DNA of 64,000 nucleotides from Candidatus Nomurabacteria bacterium (GTDB taxonomy: Bacteria; Patescibacteriota; Minisyncoccia; Phycocordibacterales; UBA9973), in assembly GCA_023267195.1 (NCBI GenBank), contig JAHFNT010000005.1, positions 14,875 to 78,874 on the forward strand, in the 5' to 3' direction. The position numbers and the translations under genes are program-made. Under the pieces are notes generated by a model. It was not told the origin of the DNA, searched no databases, and saw only the letters and a program-made list of their open reading frames with translations. This document shows positions 29,463 through 38,096 of this stretch, piece by piece. Every line of letters begins with the position of its first letter. Position 1 is the first letter of the stretch.

Positions 29463-29837
29463 ATGAATAAAACAGTTTCAATCATAATTACATTAGGGCT
29501 CGTTGTTGCCATCGCGATTATTTTTACCGGCGGGGGAGATAAGTTTGCAGAAAAGGTAGAAATAAGGGATGGGGTTCAATATGTCACAGTTAATGCTAAG
29601 GGTGGGTATTTCCCTAGGGTTTCAAATGCCAAAGCTGGCATTCCGACTAAACTGCTGGTGAAGACTAGTGGTACTTATGACTGTTCAGCTTCTTTGGTGA
29701 TTAAGTCCATTAATTATCAAAAAATTCTTCCCCAAAATGGAGTGACTGAAATTGATATTGGCACACCCGGGGCGGGTAAACCCCTCCAGGGAGTGTGTGG
29801 AATGGGAATGTATAGTTTTCAAGTTAATTTTCAATAG
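29463..29837 (+). CDS. cupredoxin-like (PF13473-type) exported protein
   Basis: N-terminal TM anchor. ~90-aa beta-rich domain with the C-terminal pattern C...C..GMGMY, reminiscent of Cupredoxin_1 domains (...C...GH..M). Confidence 0.45.
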   Translation: MNKTVSIIITLGLVVAIAIIFTGGGDKFAEKVEIRDGVQYVTVNAKGGYFPRVSNAKAGIPTKLLVKTSGTYDCSASLVIKSINYQKILPQNGVTEIDIGTPGAGKPLQGVCGMGMYSFQVNFQ

Positions 29838-29905
29838 TTGTTTCTAAAACTTTTTAGAATATTTATATTTGCATATAAAGCTTTCTATATTATAATTACT
29901 TTATT

Positions 29906-31474
29906 ATGACTTTCATGCATAGGATCTTAAATTTCTTAAAAAATAAGAAGTATGTTTGTGGTGCTATTGCGCTAGCCCTGGTAATTGGCGGTATATTTGT
30001 GTTCAAAAATAATAAAGTAGCGAACGATACTCTCATAGTCCACTCAGCTGATTTCGTGAATCAGGTTTCGGTTTCTGGAAAAGTTGTAGCGTCGGATGAT
30101 GTTAGTCTTGGTTTTTCACAAGGTGGCAGAATAGCTTCCGTCCGTTTTAAGGTTGGTGATATTGTCACCGATGGAACACTTTTAGCTAGTGTGGAAAATG
30201 GAGATTTACGGGCTGATTTAACTCAAAAAGAAGCGGCTCTAGAAAAAGTACAGGCAGATTTAAAATCTTTGCAAATTGGGACTAGGCCGGAACAAATTGC
30301 TATTACAGAATCTGCGCTTGCAAGCGCAGAGACCGCTTTCGGTCAAGCGGGGCAGGGTGTTGTTAATTCTATCAACGATGCTTATACAAAATCAGACGAT
30401 GCGATTAAAAACAAAATAGACCAATTTTTTAGAAATCCATTATCTAATGATCCATATATCAGGTTGTCTGTGGATGACAACCTTCTGATATCTTCAGTCA
30501 ATCAAGAAAGAAAAGCTGTTGGTTTGACTCTTGCATCATGGGAAAAATCTGTTTTAGAAATGAATTCAGGGACGAATTTAGATAAATATATTTCTGAGGC
30601 AGAAAAAAATATGAATCAACTCAAAACATTTTTGGCGAAAGTTTCTTTGATTACCAATGATCCTGAAGTTACGTATGATGGGAATAATACTATTCCAAGT
30701 ACTTGGAAAACTGACACCTCAACAGCCCGATTGGCGGTTGATACGGCGGTTTCAAGTTTAGCTTCTGCTGTTACTTCATATAGAAGCGCCGAGTCTGATC
30801 TTATTACCAAGCAAAATAATTTAAAACTTGAACAAGCTGGATCGACACAAGAAGAGTTGGATGCAAAAACGGCAGAGATCAAGGGGGCAGAAGCAAGTGT
30901 TTTGAGCGCGAAAGCCAATTTACAGAAAACCTTAATTGTTGCTCCGTTCGATGGGATAATAACAAAAATAGATGCAAAGATTGGAGAAGTTGCATCTGCT
31001 AATGTTTCTGTTGTGGAGATGATGAGTGTAGGAACTTTCCAAATAGAAAGCTATGTGCCGGAAATTAATATCGCCTTAATTAAACTCGGCAATGATGCTG
31101 ATGTTACCCTAGATGCTTACGGCGAGAGTGTGTTGTTTAAAGCAAAAGTTGTTTCCATTGATCCAGCTGAAACAATTCGCGACGGAGTTTCTACTTACAA
31201 AATAAAACTTCAATTCAGTGAGAAGGATGAACGTATAAAATCTGGAATGACAGCTAATGTTTCTATTACGGTTTTCAACAAGCCTGGCGTGATAGCCATT
31301 CCTGGAGGAATTGTTTTTGAGAAAGAAGGAAAAAAATTTGTACAAGTAAAAGTTGATGAAGTGGTAGAAGACAAGGAAGTAATTCTCGGAAGTGTTTCTG
31401 CTCTAGGCAAAGTTGAGGTTGTTTCCGGCTTGGTGGATGGCGATATGGTTATTCTTAATCCGGAAATAAAATAA
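29906..31474 (+). CDS. HlyD/MacA-type periplasmic adaptor (membrane fusion protein)
   Basis: N-terminal TM, biotin-lipoyl-like hairpin (TLLASVENGDL), long coiled coils, C-terminal beta-barrel/MPD. Confidence 0.75.
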   Translation: MTFMHRILNFLKNKKYVCGAIALALVIGGIFVFKNNKVANDTLIVHSADFVNQVSVSGKVVASDDVSLGFSQGGRIASVRFKVGDIVTDGTLLASVENGDLRADLTQKEAALEKVQADLKSLQIGTRPEQIAITESALASAETAFGQAGQGVVNSINDAYTKSDDAIKNKIDQFFRNPLSNDPYIRLSVDDNLLISSVNQERKAVGLTLASWEKSVLEMNSGTNLDKYISEAEKNMNQLKTFLAKVSLITNDPEVTYDGNNTIPSTWKTDTSTARLAVDTAVSSLASAVTSYRSAESDLITKQNNLKLEQAGSTQEELDAKTAEIKGAEASVLSAKANLQKTLIVAPFDGIITKIDAKIGEVASANVSVVEMMSVGTFQIESYVPEINIALIKLGNDADVTLDAYGESVLFKAKVVSIDPAETIRDGVSTYKIKLQFSEKDERIKSGMTANVSITVFNKPGVIAIPGGIVFEKEGKKFVQVKVDEVVEDKEVILGSVSALGKVEVVSGLVDGDMVILNPEIK

Positions 31475-31475
31475 T

Positions 31476-32732
31476 ATGTTTTCCTCATTAAATATTCGTA
31501 TTGGATTTTTCCTGGCGAAGCGTCAGATAAGGAGGTCAAATCCATGGACCACTGTACTCATAATTTTTGTGATGTTTTTTACTTTTCTAAATTTGGTGGT
31601 GGTAAGTGGAATTTTAGTCGGACTTATCCAGGGGGCAATCGATGCTGTGCGTACTCACTACACAAGCGATGTGATTATTTCCTCACTCAATAATAAAACT
31701 TATATAGAAAACAGTCCCGAAGTTTTAAGCATTGTTAAATCGATACCAGAGATAGAAGTTTTTTCTGCACGATACTTAGATGGAGGCACACTAGAGGCAA
31801 ATTATAAAACGCGGACAAATGAAAAAGAAAAACCAAACACGGCGGTAGCTTCAATAACAGGCATAGATCCAATTGCAGAGAACGAGGTGACGAATCTTTC
31901 CAAGTTTATAGTAGAAGGTGAGTATTTAGCGCCAGGAGACTATGATCAGGTGCTCTTGGGGGCTTATCTTGATAAAAAATATTTGCCGATTGATTCTCCT
32001 GGGTTTTCTGCGCTTAATAATGTTGAACCAGGTACTAAAATTAGGCTGAAAGTTCATGGGGTGGAACGCGAAGTTACTATTAAAGGTATTATAAAGGCAA
32101 AAGTCGATGAACTTAGTATGAGAGTATTCATGGTTGATTCTCAGCTGCGTAGTATGATTGGGCGCAATGATTATAATGTGGCCGAAATATCTATAAAATT
32201 AAAACCAGGGACTGATCCCAATATAGTTCGAGATATTTTAAAACTAAATGGAGTTGATAAAGTTGCCAAAGTTCAGACCTATGCCGATGCTCAGCCGAAA
32301 TTTATTAAAGATATGGTGGACACTTTTGCTTTGCTTGGAAACATGCTTTCCTCTATCGGGCTAGTAGTTGCTTCCATTACGATTTTTATCGTGATTTTTA
32401 TTAACGCCATAACCAGAAGGAAATTCATCGGCATTTTAAAGGGAATTGGTATTAACGAAAGAGCTATTGAAATATCGTATATTTTGCAATCTTTCTTTTA
32501 TGCATTTTGCGGTTCGCTTGTGGGTATTATTGTGCTTTATGCATTTCTCCAACCGTTTATGTCGGCGCACCCAATCGATTTTCCTTTTAGTGACGGAATT
32601 CTGGTAGCTCCAATCAGTGGTACGATAGCACGCATAGCTCTGTTGATGATTACTACGATTGTTGCCGGTTTCATTCCAGCCCGTCTGGTCGTTCGCAAGA
32701 ATACACTAGATTCAATATTAGGCAGAAATTAA
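31476..32732 (+). CDS. ABC transporter permease, MacB/FtsX family
   Basis: N-terminal TM, large extracytoplasmic MacB_PCD-like domain, C-terminal FtsX 3-TM bundle. Confidence 0.75.
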   Translation: MFSSLNIRIGFFLAKRQIRRSNPWTTVLIIFVMFFTFLNLVVVSGILVGLIQGAIDAVRTHYTSDVIISSLNNKTYIENSPEVLSIVKSIPEIEVFSARYLDGGTLEANYKTRTNEKEKPNTAVASITGIDPIAENEVTNLSKFIVEGEYLAPGDYDQVLLGAYLDKKYLPIDSPGFSALNNVEPGTKIRLKVHGVEREVTIKGIIKAKVDELSMRVFMVDSQLRSMIGRNDYNVAEISIKLKPGTDPNIVRDILKLNGVDKVAKVQTYADAQPKFIKDMVDTFALLGNMLSSIGLVVASITIFIVIFINAITRRKFIGILKGIGINERAIEISYILQSFFYAFCGSLVGIIVLYAFLQPFMSAHPIDFPFSDGILVAPISGTIARIALLMITTIVAGFIPARLVVRKNTLDSILGRN

Positions 32733-32742
32733 TTGAGAATTT

Positions 32743-33417
32743 ATGATTGAAGTAAAAAATTTAAAAAAATCATTCAAAGATGGGGAAAGTATCACCGAAG
32801 TCTTGAAAGGAATAGATTTTGTGGCCAAAAGCGGAGAATTTGTTGCTATCATGGGACGTTCAGGCGCCGGCAAAAGTACCTTTCTTTATCAAATGAGCCT
32901 TCTGGACGAGCCGACAAGTGGAGAGATTCTTATTGATGGAAAAAATGTTTCTTCTTTGACGGTAGGCGAAAAAACAAACTTCCGTCTTTCTGATTTAGGA
33001 TATGTTTTTCAAGATTATGCCCTGCTTCCAGAAATGACCGCATTAGAAAATGTCGCCTTGCCGCTTTTAATGCAAGGTTTCAGTGAAAAAAAAGCATTAG
33101 AAAAAGCGACAGAACATTTGATTTTGGTCGGTCTTGGAGAAAGATTAAAGAATTTACCAAGCCAACTTTCTGGCGGAGAACAACAGAGGGTAAGTGTTGC
33201 GCGGGCTATCGCTCATGAGCCGAAAATTTTATTCGCTGACGAACCAACAGCTAACCTAGATAATGAATCATCTCGCGTTATTATGAATATTTTGAAAGAG
33301 TTGCACAAGGAAGGACAAACGATAATAATGGTTACGCACGAAGTTGAATATAGCAAATTTGCAGAACGCATAATTCACCTAGATGATGGGAAAATAGTCT
33401 CTATTGATAAAAATTAA
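32743..33417 (+). CDS. ABC transporter ATP-binding protein (MacB/LolD-like)
   Basis: Walker A GRSGAGKST, signature LSGGEQQRVSVARA, Walker B ILFADEPT, H-loop. Confidence 0.9.
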   Translation: MIEVKNLKKSFKDGESITEVLKGIDFVAKSGEFVAIMGRSGAGKSTFLYQMSLLDEPTSGEILIDGKNVSSLTVGEKTNFRLSDLGYVFQDYALLPEMTALENVALPLLMQGFSEKKALEKATEHLILVGLGERLKNLPSQLSGGEQQRVSVARAIAHEPKILFADEPTANLDNESSRVIMNILKELHKEGQTIIMVTHEVEYSKFAERIIHLDDGKIVSIDKN

Positions 33418-33456
33418 CTAAATGAGTTATTATGTAGTATATATAAAGATTGTATT

Positions 33457-34365
33457 ATGTTAAATAAAAATAAATTTATATTAACACTCGCTGGAGTTCT
33501 TGCTTTGGTTCTTATGGGGGGAGCCGTGGCTTTTGCCGAGCAGGCTGTACCGGGAGATTCGCTTTACAGAGTAAAGATTTTTGTAAATGAACCAATTGCT
33601 GGAATCTTTGCTTTATCACAAGAAGAAAAAACGGAATGGGTAGAGCGTCTGGTAGAAAGACGGCTAGAAGAATCAAGAAAACTTGCCTTCAATGGCAATC
33701 TCGATGGATCTGCAAGAGTTAATCTCCAAAATCAAATAGAAAGTAAAATTAATGAATTTAACTTAAGTGTAGGTCAGCTTGCTCTTAAAAAGGGTGAATT
33801 AACTAACGCATCAAACCTAAATATAAGACTACAGGCATCGCTTAAGGCTTATCAAAACGTGCTAGAAAAGCTTTTAGCTGATACCAACATTAAAGCAGAT
33901 ACAAAACAAGAGACCGAAAAATTAATTTTCACCCTCGCGGGATTCCAAAATGAAATGAACAATGCTAGTAAAAAAATCGAGTTGGTTAATAGGGCGGTAC
34001 TCGATTTAGCGTCGGTGCTTAATGAGCAAAGTATGGCTGAGAATTTACTAAATTCAATAAAACTTTCGTACCAAAAAGAAAAAATAAATTTATCTTTAAA
34101 TATACAAAATCAAATCAATGGCAAGCTCGCAAAAGCAGAAAATTTACTTGACGAGGGGAAGCTGTTTGTGGCCTCTGCTGATTATCAAATCGCGAATGAT
34201 AAATTTCAGTTGGTGATAACCCTAGTAAATGAAGGAAAACTTCTCTTGTTGTCTAATGTGATAAGAAGGGAAATTGATGATGGGGATGATATTAGAGAGG
34301 ATGAAGATGTTGATGACTACGGTAATTTTATTGAAGATGAAAGCTTCGAGTTCGAGGGTGACTGA
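33457..34365 (+). CDS. exported coiled-coil protein with strongly acidic C-terminal tail
   Basis: Signal peptide, ~250 aa of heptad-rich sequence, C-terminal DDGDDIREDEDVDDYGNFIEDESFEFEGD. Downstream of the MacAB-like genes. Confidence 0.45.
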   Translation: MLNKNKFILTLAGVLALVLMGGAVAFAEQAVPGDSLYRVKIFVNEPIAGIFALSQEEKTEWVERLVERRLEESRKLAFNGNLDGSARVNLQNQIESKINEFNLSVGQLALKKGELTNASNLNIRLQASLKAYQNVLEKLLADTNIKADTKQETEKLIFTLAGFQNEMNNASKKIELVNRAVLDLASVLNEQSMAENLLNSIKLSYQKEKINLSLNIQNQINGKLAKAENLLDEGKLFVASADYQIANDKFQLVITLVNEGKLLLLSNVIRREIDDGDDIREDEDVDDYGNFIEDESFEFEGD

Positions 34366-34419
34366 ATAAGTTTTGAGATTCACGGGGAATTCATTCCAAA
34401 TATTTAATGTAATAAATAT

Positions 34420-34920
34420 ATGAAGAAAATAGCCTTATCTTTATTTGTGATTTTTGCTTTTGCGGCATATGTACTGTATGTGCGTATTATTGGTACTAAT
34501 GTGCCATTTGTCGTATTGACACCTGAACCCAATAAGCCAAAAACAAGTTTGTCTTTGCCTAAGTATGGCGGAAATACAAATACCAATACAAATGTAACCC
34601 CAAAATCAAAATCTATACCCACGACAAACAACTTAAAGTATAAAGACGGAAATTATATTGGTAAAACAATAGATGCATATTATGGCAACGTGCAAGTAAG
34701 GGCTATAATTTCTGGCGGGAAAATAACCGACGTGCAATTTTTAGATTACCCGCAAGACAGGCAGAATTCTATCCGTATTAATACCAGGGCTATGCCATAT
34801 TTGATTAGTGAAGCCATTTCAGTTCAAGATTCAAACGTGGATACAATTTCTGGTGCATCATTTACCAGTGCCGCGTATCGTGAATCACTATCGTCTGCTC
34901 TACTGCAAGCAAAAATATAA
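34420..34920 (+). CDS. FMN-binding domain protein (flavinylation substrate), membrane-anchored/exported
   Basis: N-terminal TM. The C-terminal FMN_bind domain has the flavinylation motif DTISGASFTS (Dx[ST]GA[ST]), where the Ser/Thr is the ApbE target. Confidence 0.75.
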   Translation: MKKIALSLFVIFAFAAYVLYVRIIGTNVPFVVLTPEPNKPKTSLSLPKYGGNTNTNTNVTPKSKSIPTTNNLKYKDGNYIGKTIDAYYGNVQVRAIISGGKITDVQFLDYPQDRQNSIRINTRAMPYLISEAISVQDSNVDTISGASFTSAAYRESLSSALLQAKI

Positions 34921-34922
34921 AA

Positions 34923-35696
34923 ATGAAACAAGTGCAAATTATTATGGGAACGCCAGTCGCTGTTGAGATCGTGGATAGGGAAGCAAATCAAAAACTTTTT
35001 GATGAAGTTTTTGATTACTTTAAGTATGTGGATGAAAAGTTTAGTACCTATAAAGACACTAGTGAAATTAGCGCGATAAACAATAAAAAAAATAAAGGAG
35101 AGAATACCCAAAATATATTTGGAGGAATGAGCAAAGATATGAAAGTAGTTTTTGAATTATCTCTAGAAACAAAGAAAATAACCAATGGCTACTTTGATAT
35201 CATTACTCCAAGTGGAAGCTATGACACTTCTGGCTTGGTGAAAGGATGGGCAATTTTTAATGCCAGTAATATTCTAAAAACTCGTGGGGTAAAAAACTTT
35301 TGCGTGGAAGCCGGCGGAGATATTCAAGTTTCAGGCAGAAATGAAAAAGGAGAAGCCTGGTCTATAGGCATTCAAAATCCATTTAATAAGAAAAGGGAGA
35401 TTATAAAGAAAGTTTATCTTGGCAACAATGAAGGCATAGCTACTTCTGGCACTTACGTGCGCGGGTGCCATATATACAATCCCAAAGATAAAAATGATAA
35501 ACTAGAGGAAGTTGTGAGTCTGACAGTTATAGGTTCGAATATATTTGAAGCTGACCGCTACGCTACTGGGGCTTTCGCTATGGGACAAAATGGAATATTT
35601 TTTATAGAAAGCAAGGAAAACCTAGAAGGATACGCTATAGACAAAAACGGTGTAGCAACCATGACTATTGGCTTTAAGAAATACATCAAAGAATAA
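34923..35696 (+). CDS. apbE: FAD:protein FMN transferase
   Basis: ApbE family: IMGTPV N-terminal motif, conserved core. 257 aa, at the short end of the ApbE size range. Confidence 0.7.
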   Translation: MKQVQIIMGTPVAVEIVDREANQKLFDEVFDYFKYVDEKFSTYKDTSEISAINNKKNKGENTQNIFGGMSKDMKVVFELSLETKKITNGYFDIITPSGSYDTSGLVKGWAIFNASNILKTRGVKNFCVEAGGDIQVSGRNEKGEAWSIGIQNPFNKKREIIKKVYLGNNEGIATSGTYVRGCHIYNPKDKNDKLEEVVSLTVIGSNIFEADRYATGAFAMGQNGIFFIESKENLEGYAIDKNGVATMTIGFKKYIKE

Positions 35697-35700
35697 AATC

Positions 35701-37230
35701 ATGTTTAGATTTATAGACAACTTTTTGAATAAGACAACTATGTATAGAGTAGTTCTTTATGTTCTCTTCTTTATGTTTTGTTCTGCTTTTATGCTCGCGG
35801 TGTTCAAACTTTTACCTTACACACCCATAGACCTAATAGTATCGCTCTTGGTTATTTTATTTATTTCTTTTATGGCAAATTTTATCTTCTCTTTTGTTTA
35901 TGAAGCGCCTACTAATGTGGAATCGGTGTATATCACAGCTTTGATTTTGTTCTTCGTAATTACTCCAGCCCAAGGCGGGGTATATTCGCAGTTTTTGCCC
36001 CTGGCTTTCTGGGCCTCAGTCTGGGCCGTTGCTTCAAAATATATTTTGGCTATTAATCGCAAACACCTTTTTAATCCAGTGGCTTTTGCTATAATGCTTA
36101 CCGCTCTTACTATCAACCAATCTGCTAGTTGGTGGGTAGGCACCGAGACCATGCTGCCCTTTGTTGTTTTAGGCGGACTGCTTGTGGTTAGAAAAATTCG
36201 CCGCGCTGATATGGTAACAAGTTTTTTAATTTCGGCGCTTCTTACAATTACAATGTTAGCTGTGCTAAAAAATTCAGAAATTGTTAGCACCCTATTCAAA
36301 ACGCTTAAAGATTCAGCTTTCTTTTTCTTTGCTTTCATTATGCTTACTGAACCGCTTACTGCTCCAGCTACCTTCTGGCCTCGGATAATTTATGGCGTTT
36401 TAGTTGGGTTTTTGTTTGCACCGTCGCTACACATTGGTCCATATTTTTCGACACCCGAGTTGGCTTTGGTTATGGGAAATATATTTGCGTATTTAACAAG
36501 CCCCAAGGAGAAACTATTTTTGAAATTAAAAAAACGAGTTGAGGTAGGCGCCAATACATTTGATTTTATTTTTGAGAAAGATAAAAATTTCTCTTTTCTG
36601 CCCGGGCAGTATATGGAATGGACATTAAAACATCGTGATCCTGACACTCGCGGCAATCGCCGTTATTTTACTCTAGCCTCATCACCTACGGAGCCCGAAA
36701 TACACCTAGGCGTGAAGTTTTACCAAGAACCAAGCAGTTTCAAAAATCGCCTGCTAGCCCTGCCGACAGGTGGAGAAATGATAGCTTCCAGCAGATCTGG
36801 AGATTTTGTTATGCCGAAGAGAAAAGATCAAGGTCTGGTGTTTATTGCCGGTGGCATAGGAATTACACCATTTAGAAGTATGATCCAGTACCTAATTGAC
36901 AAAAAGGAAAAAAGAGAAATAACGTTGTTTTATTCAAACAAAAAAATTTCTGATATAGCCTATAAAGAAATATTTGACAAAGCACAAAATGAACTTGGTA
37001 TAAAAATTATTTACAATATTACCGACGAAGAAAATCTGCCGCCATCGCAATCTATTAGGAAAGGTTTTGTTGACATGGAAATTATCAAAAAAGAAGTTCC
37101 AGATTATTTGCAAAAAACTTTTTATATTTCCGGTCCGCGAAGTATGGTAGAAGCTTTCAAGAGCACCCTCCGATCTATCGGGGTTAAAAGAAGAAATATA
37201 AAAATTGATTTCTTCCCGGGTTTTGCTTAA
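35701..37230 (+). CDS. polytopic membrane protein fused to an FNR-like FAD/NAD(P)H-binding oxidoreductase domain
   Basis: N-terminal ~270 aa with ~8 TM helices. The C-terminal domain carries RRYFTLAS (RxYS FAD motif), GGIGITPF (NAD(P)-binding GGxGxxP) and a YISGP C-terminal motif. The ATG at 35701 is preferred over the ORF-track start that overlaps apbE. Confidence 0.65.
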   Translation: MFRFIDNFLNKTTMYRVVLYVLFFMFCSAFMLAVFKLLPYTPIDLIVSLLVILFISFMANFIFSFVYEAPTNVESVYITALILFFVITPAQGGVYSQFLPLAFWASVWAVASKYILAINRKHLFNPVAFAIMLTALTINQSASWWVGTETMLPFVVLGGLLVVRKIRRADMVTSFLISALLTITMLAVLKNSEIVSTLFKTLKDSAFFFFAFIMLTEPLTAPATFWPRIIYGVLVGFLFAPSLHIGPYFSTPELALVMGNIFAYLTSPKEKLFLKLKKRVEVGANTFDFIFEKDKNFSFLPGQYMEWTLKHRDPDTRGNRRYFTLASSPTEPEIHLGVKFYQEPSSFKNRLLALPTGGEMIASSRSGDFVMPKRKDQGLVFIAGGIGITPFRSMIQYLIDKKEKREITLFYSNKKISDIAYKEIFDKAQNELGIKIIYNITDEENLPPSQSIRKGFVDMEIIKKEVPDYLQKTFYISGPRSMVEAFKSTLRSIGVKRRNIKIDFFPGFA

Positions 37231-37277
37231 CCTTTTGATTACAAGACTTTTTTACTTTATTTTGCTATATTTTCTCC

Positions 37278-38096
37278 ATGTCTTTAAGTATCGGGATTGT
37301 TGGTTTGCCGAACGTGGGAAAATCCACGCTTTTTAATGCGTTGACCAAAAAAGGCGTACCGGCGGAAAATTATCCTTTTTGCACCATTGATCCATCGGTT
37401 GGGATTGTGCCGGTGCCAGACGAAAGACTCACGAAACTAACAGAGATTTCTAAATCTAAAAAAACAATCCCTGCGGTAGTTGAATTTGTGGATATCGCGG
37501 GGTTGGTGAAGGGTGCATCACTAGGCGCGGGTCTTGGAAATAAATTTCTTTCACACATTCGCGAAGTAGATGCGATTGTAGAAGTGGTGCGAATTTTTGA
37601 AGACAAAGATATGATTCACGTGCATGAGAAGATCGATCCGCTTTTTGATATTGAAGTTATAAATTTTGAACTAGAGCAGGCGGGGATTAAAAAACCGACA
37701 CTGTACGTATTAAATACTTCTGCTGTAGCTGATAACATAAAAAAAGATTTTGTATCAAAACTCCCTAGTCCTTATATTGAAGTCGATCCGATTTTTGGTA
37801 CTGGTCTAGATAATTTAATTAAAGCTGGCTACGATCTACTTAATTTAATTACCTTTTTTACGACCGGAGAAGACGAATCGCGCGCTTGGACGACAGTTCG
37901 TGGAGCGACAGCGCCGACAGCCGGAAAATCCATTCATACAGACTTTAGAGACAAATTCATTCGTGCAGAAGTGGTGGCATATGAAAAACTTATAGAAGCA
38001 GGCAGTTTTGCCAAGGCAAGAGAAAAGGGTTGGGTGCGGACAGAGGGTAAAGAATATATTGTACAAGACGGCGACGTAATAGAATTTTTGATATGA
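37278..38096 (+). CDS. ychF: Obg-family GTPase/ATPase YchF (OLA1-like), short form
   Basis: [19 protein letters not shown]1 motif, [10 protein letters not shown]-terminal TGS domain. At 272 aa it lacks most of the helical insertion of canonical 363-aa YchF. Confidence 0.7.
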   Translation: MSLSIGIVGLPNVGKSTLFNALTKKGVPAENYPFCTIDPSVGIVPVPDERLTKLTEISKSKKTIPAVVEFVDIAGLVKGASLGAGLGNKFLSHIREVDAIVEVVRIFEDKDMIHVHEKIDPLFDIEVINFELEQAGIKKPTLYVLNTSAVADNIKKDFVSKLPSPYIEVDPIFGTGLDNLIKAGYDLLNLITFFTTGEDESRAWTTVRGATAPTAGKSIHTDFRDKFIRAEVVAYEKLIEAGSFAKAREKGWVRTEGKEYIVQDGDVIEFLI

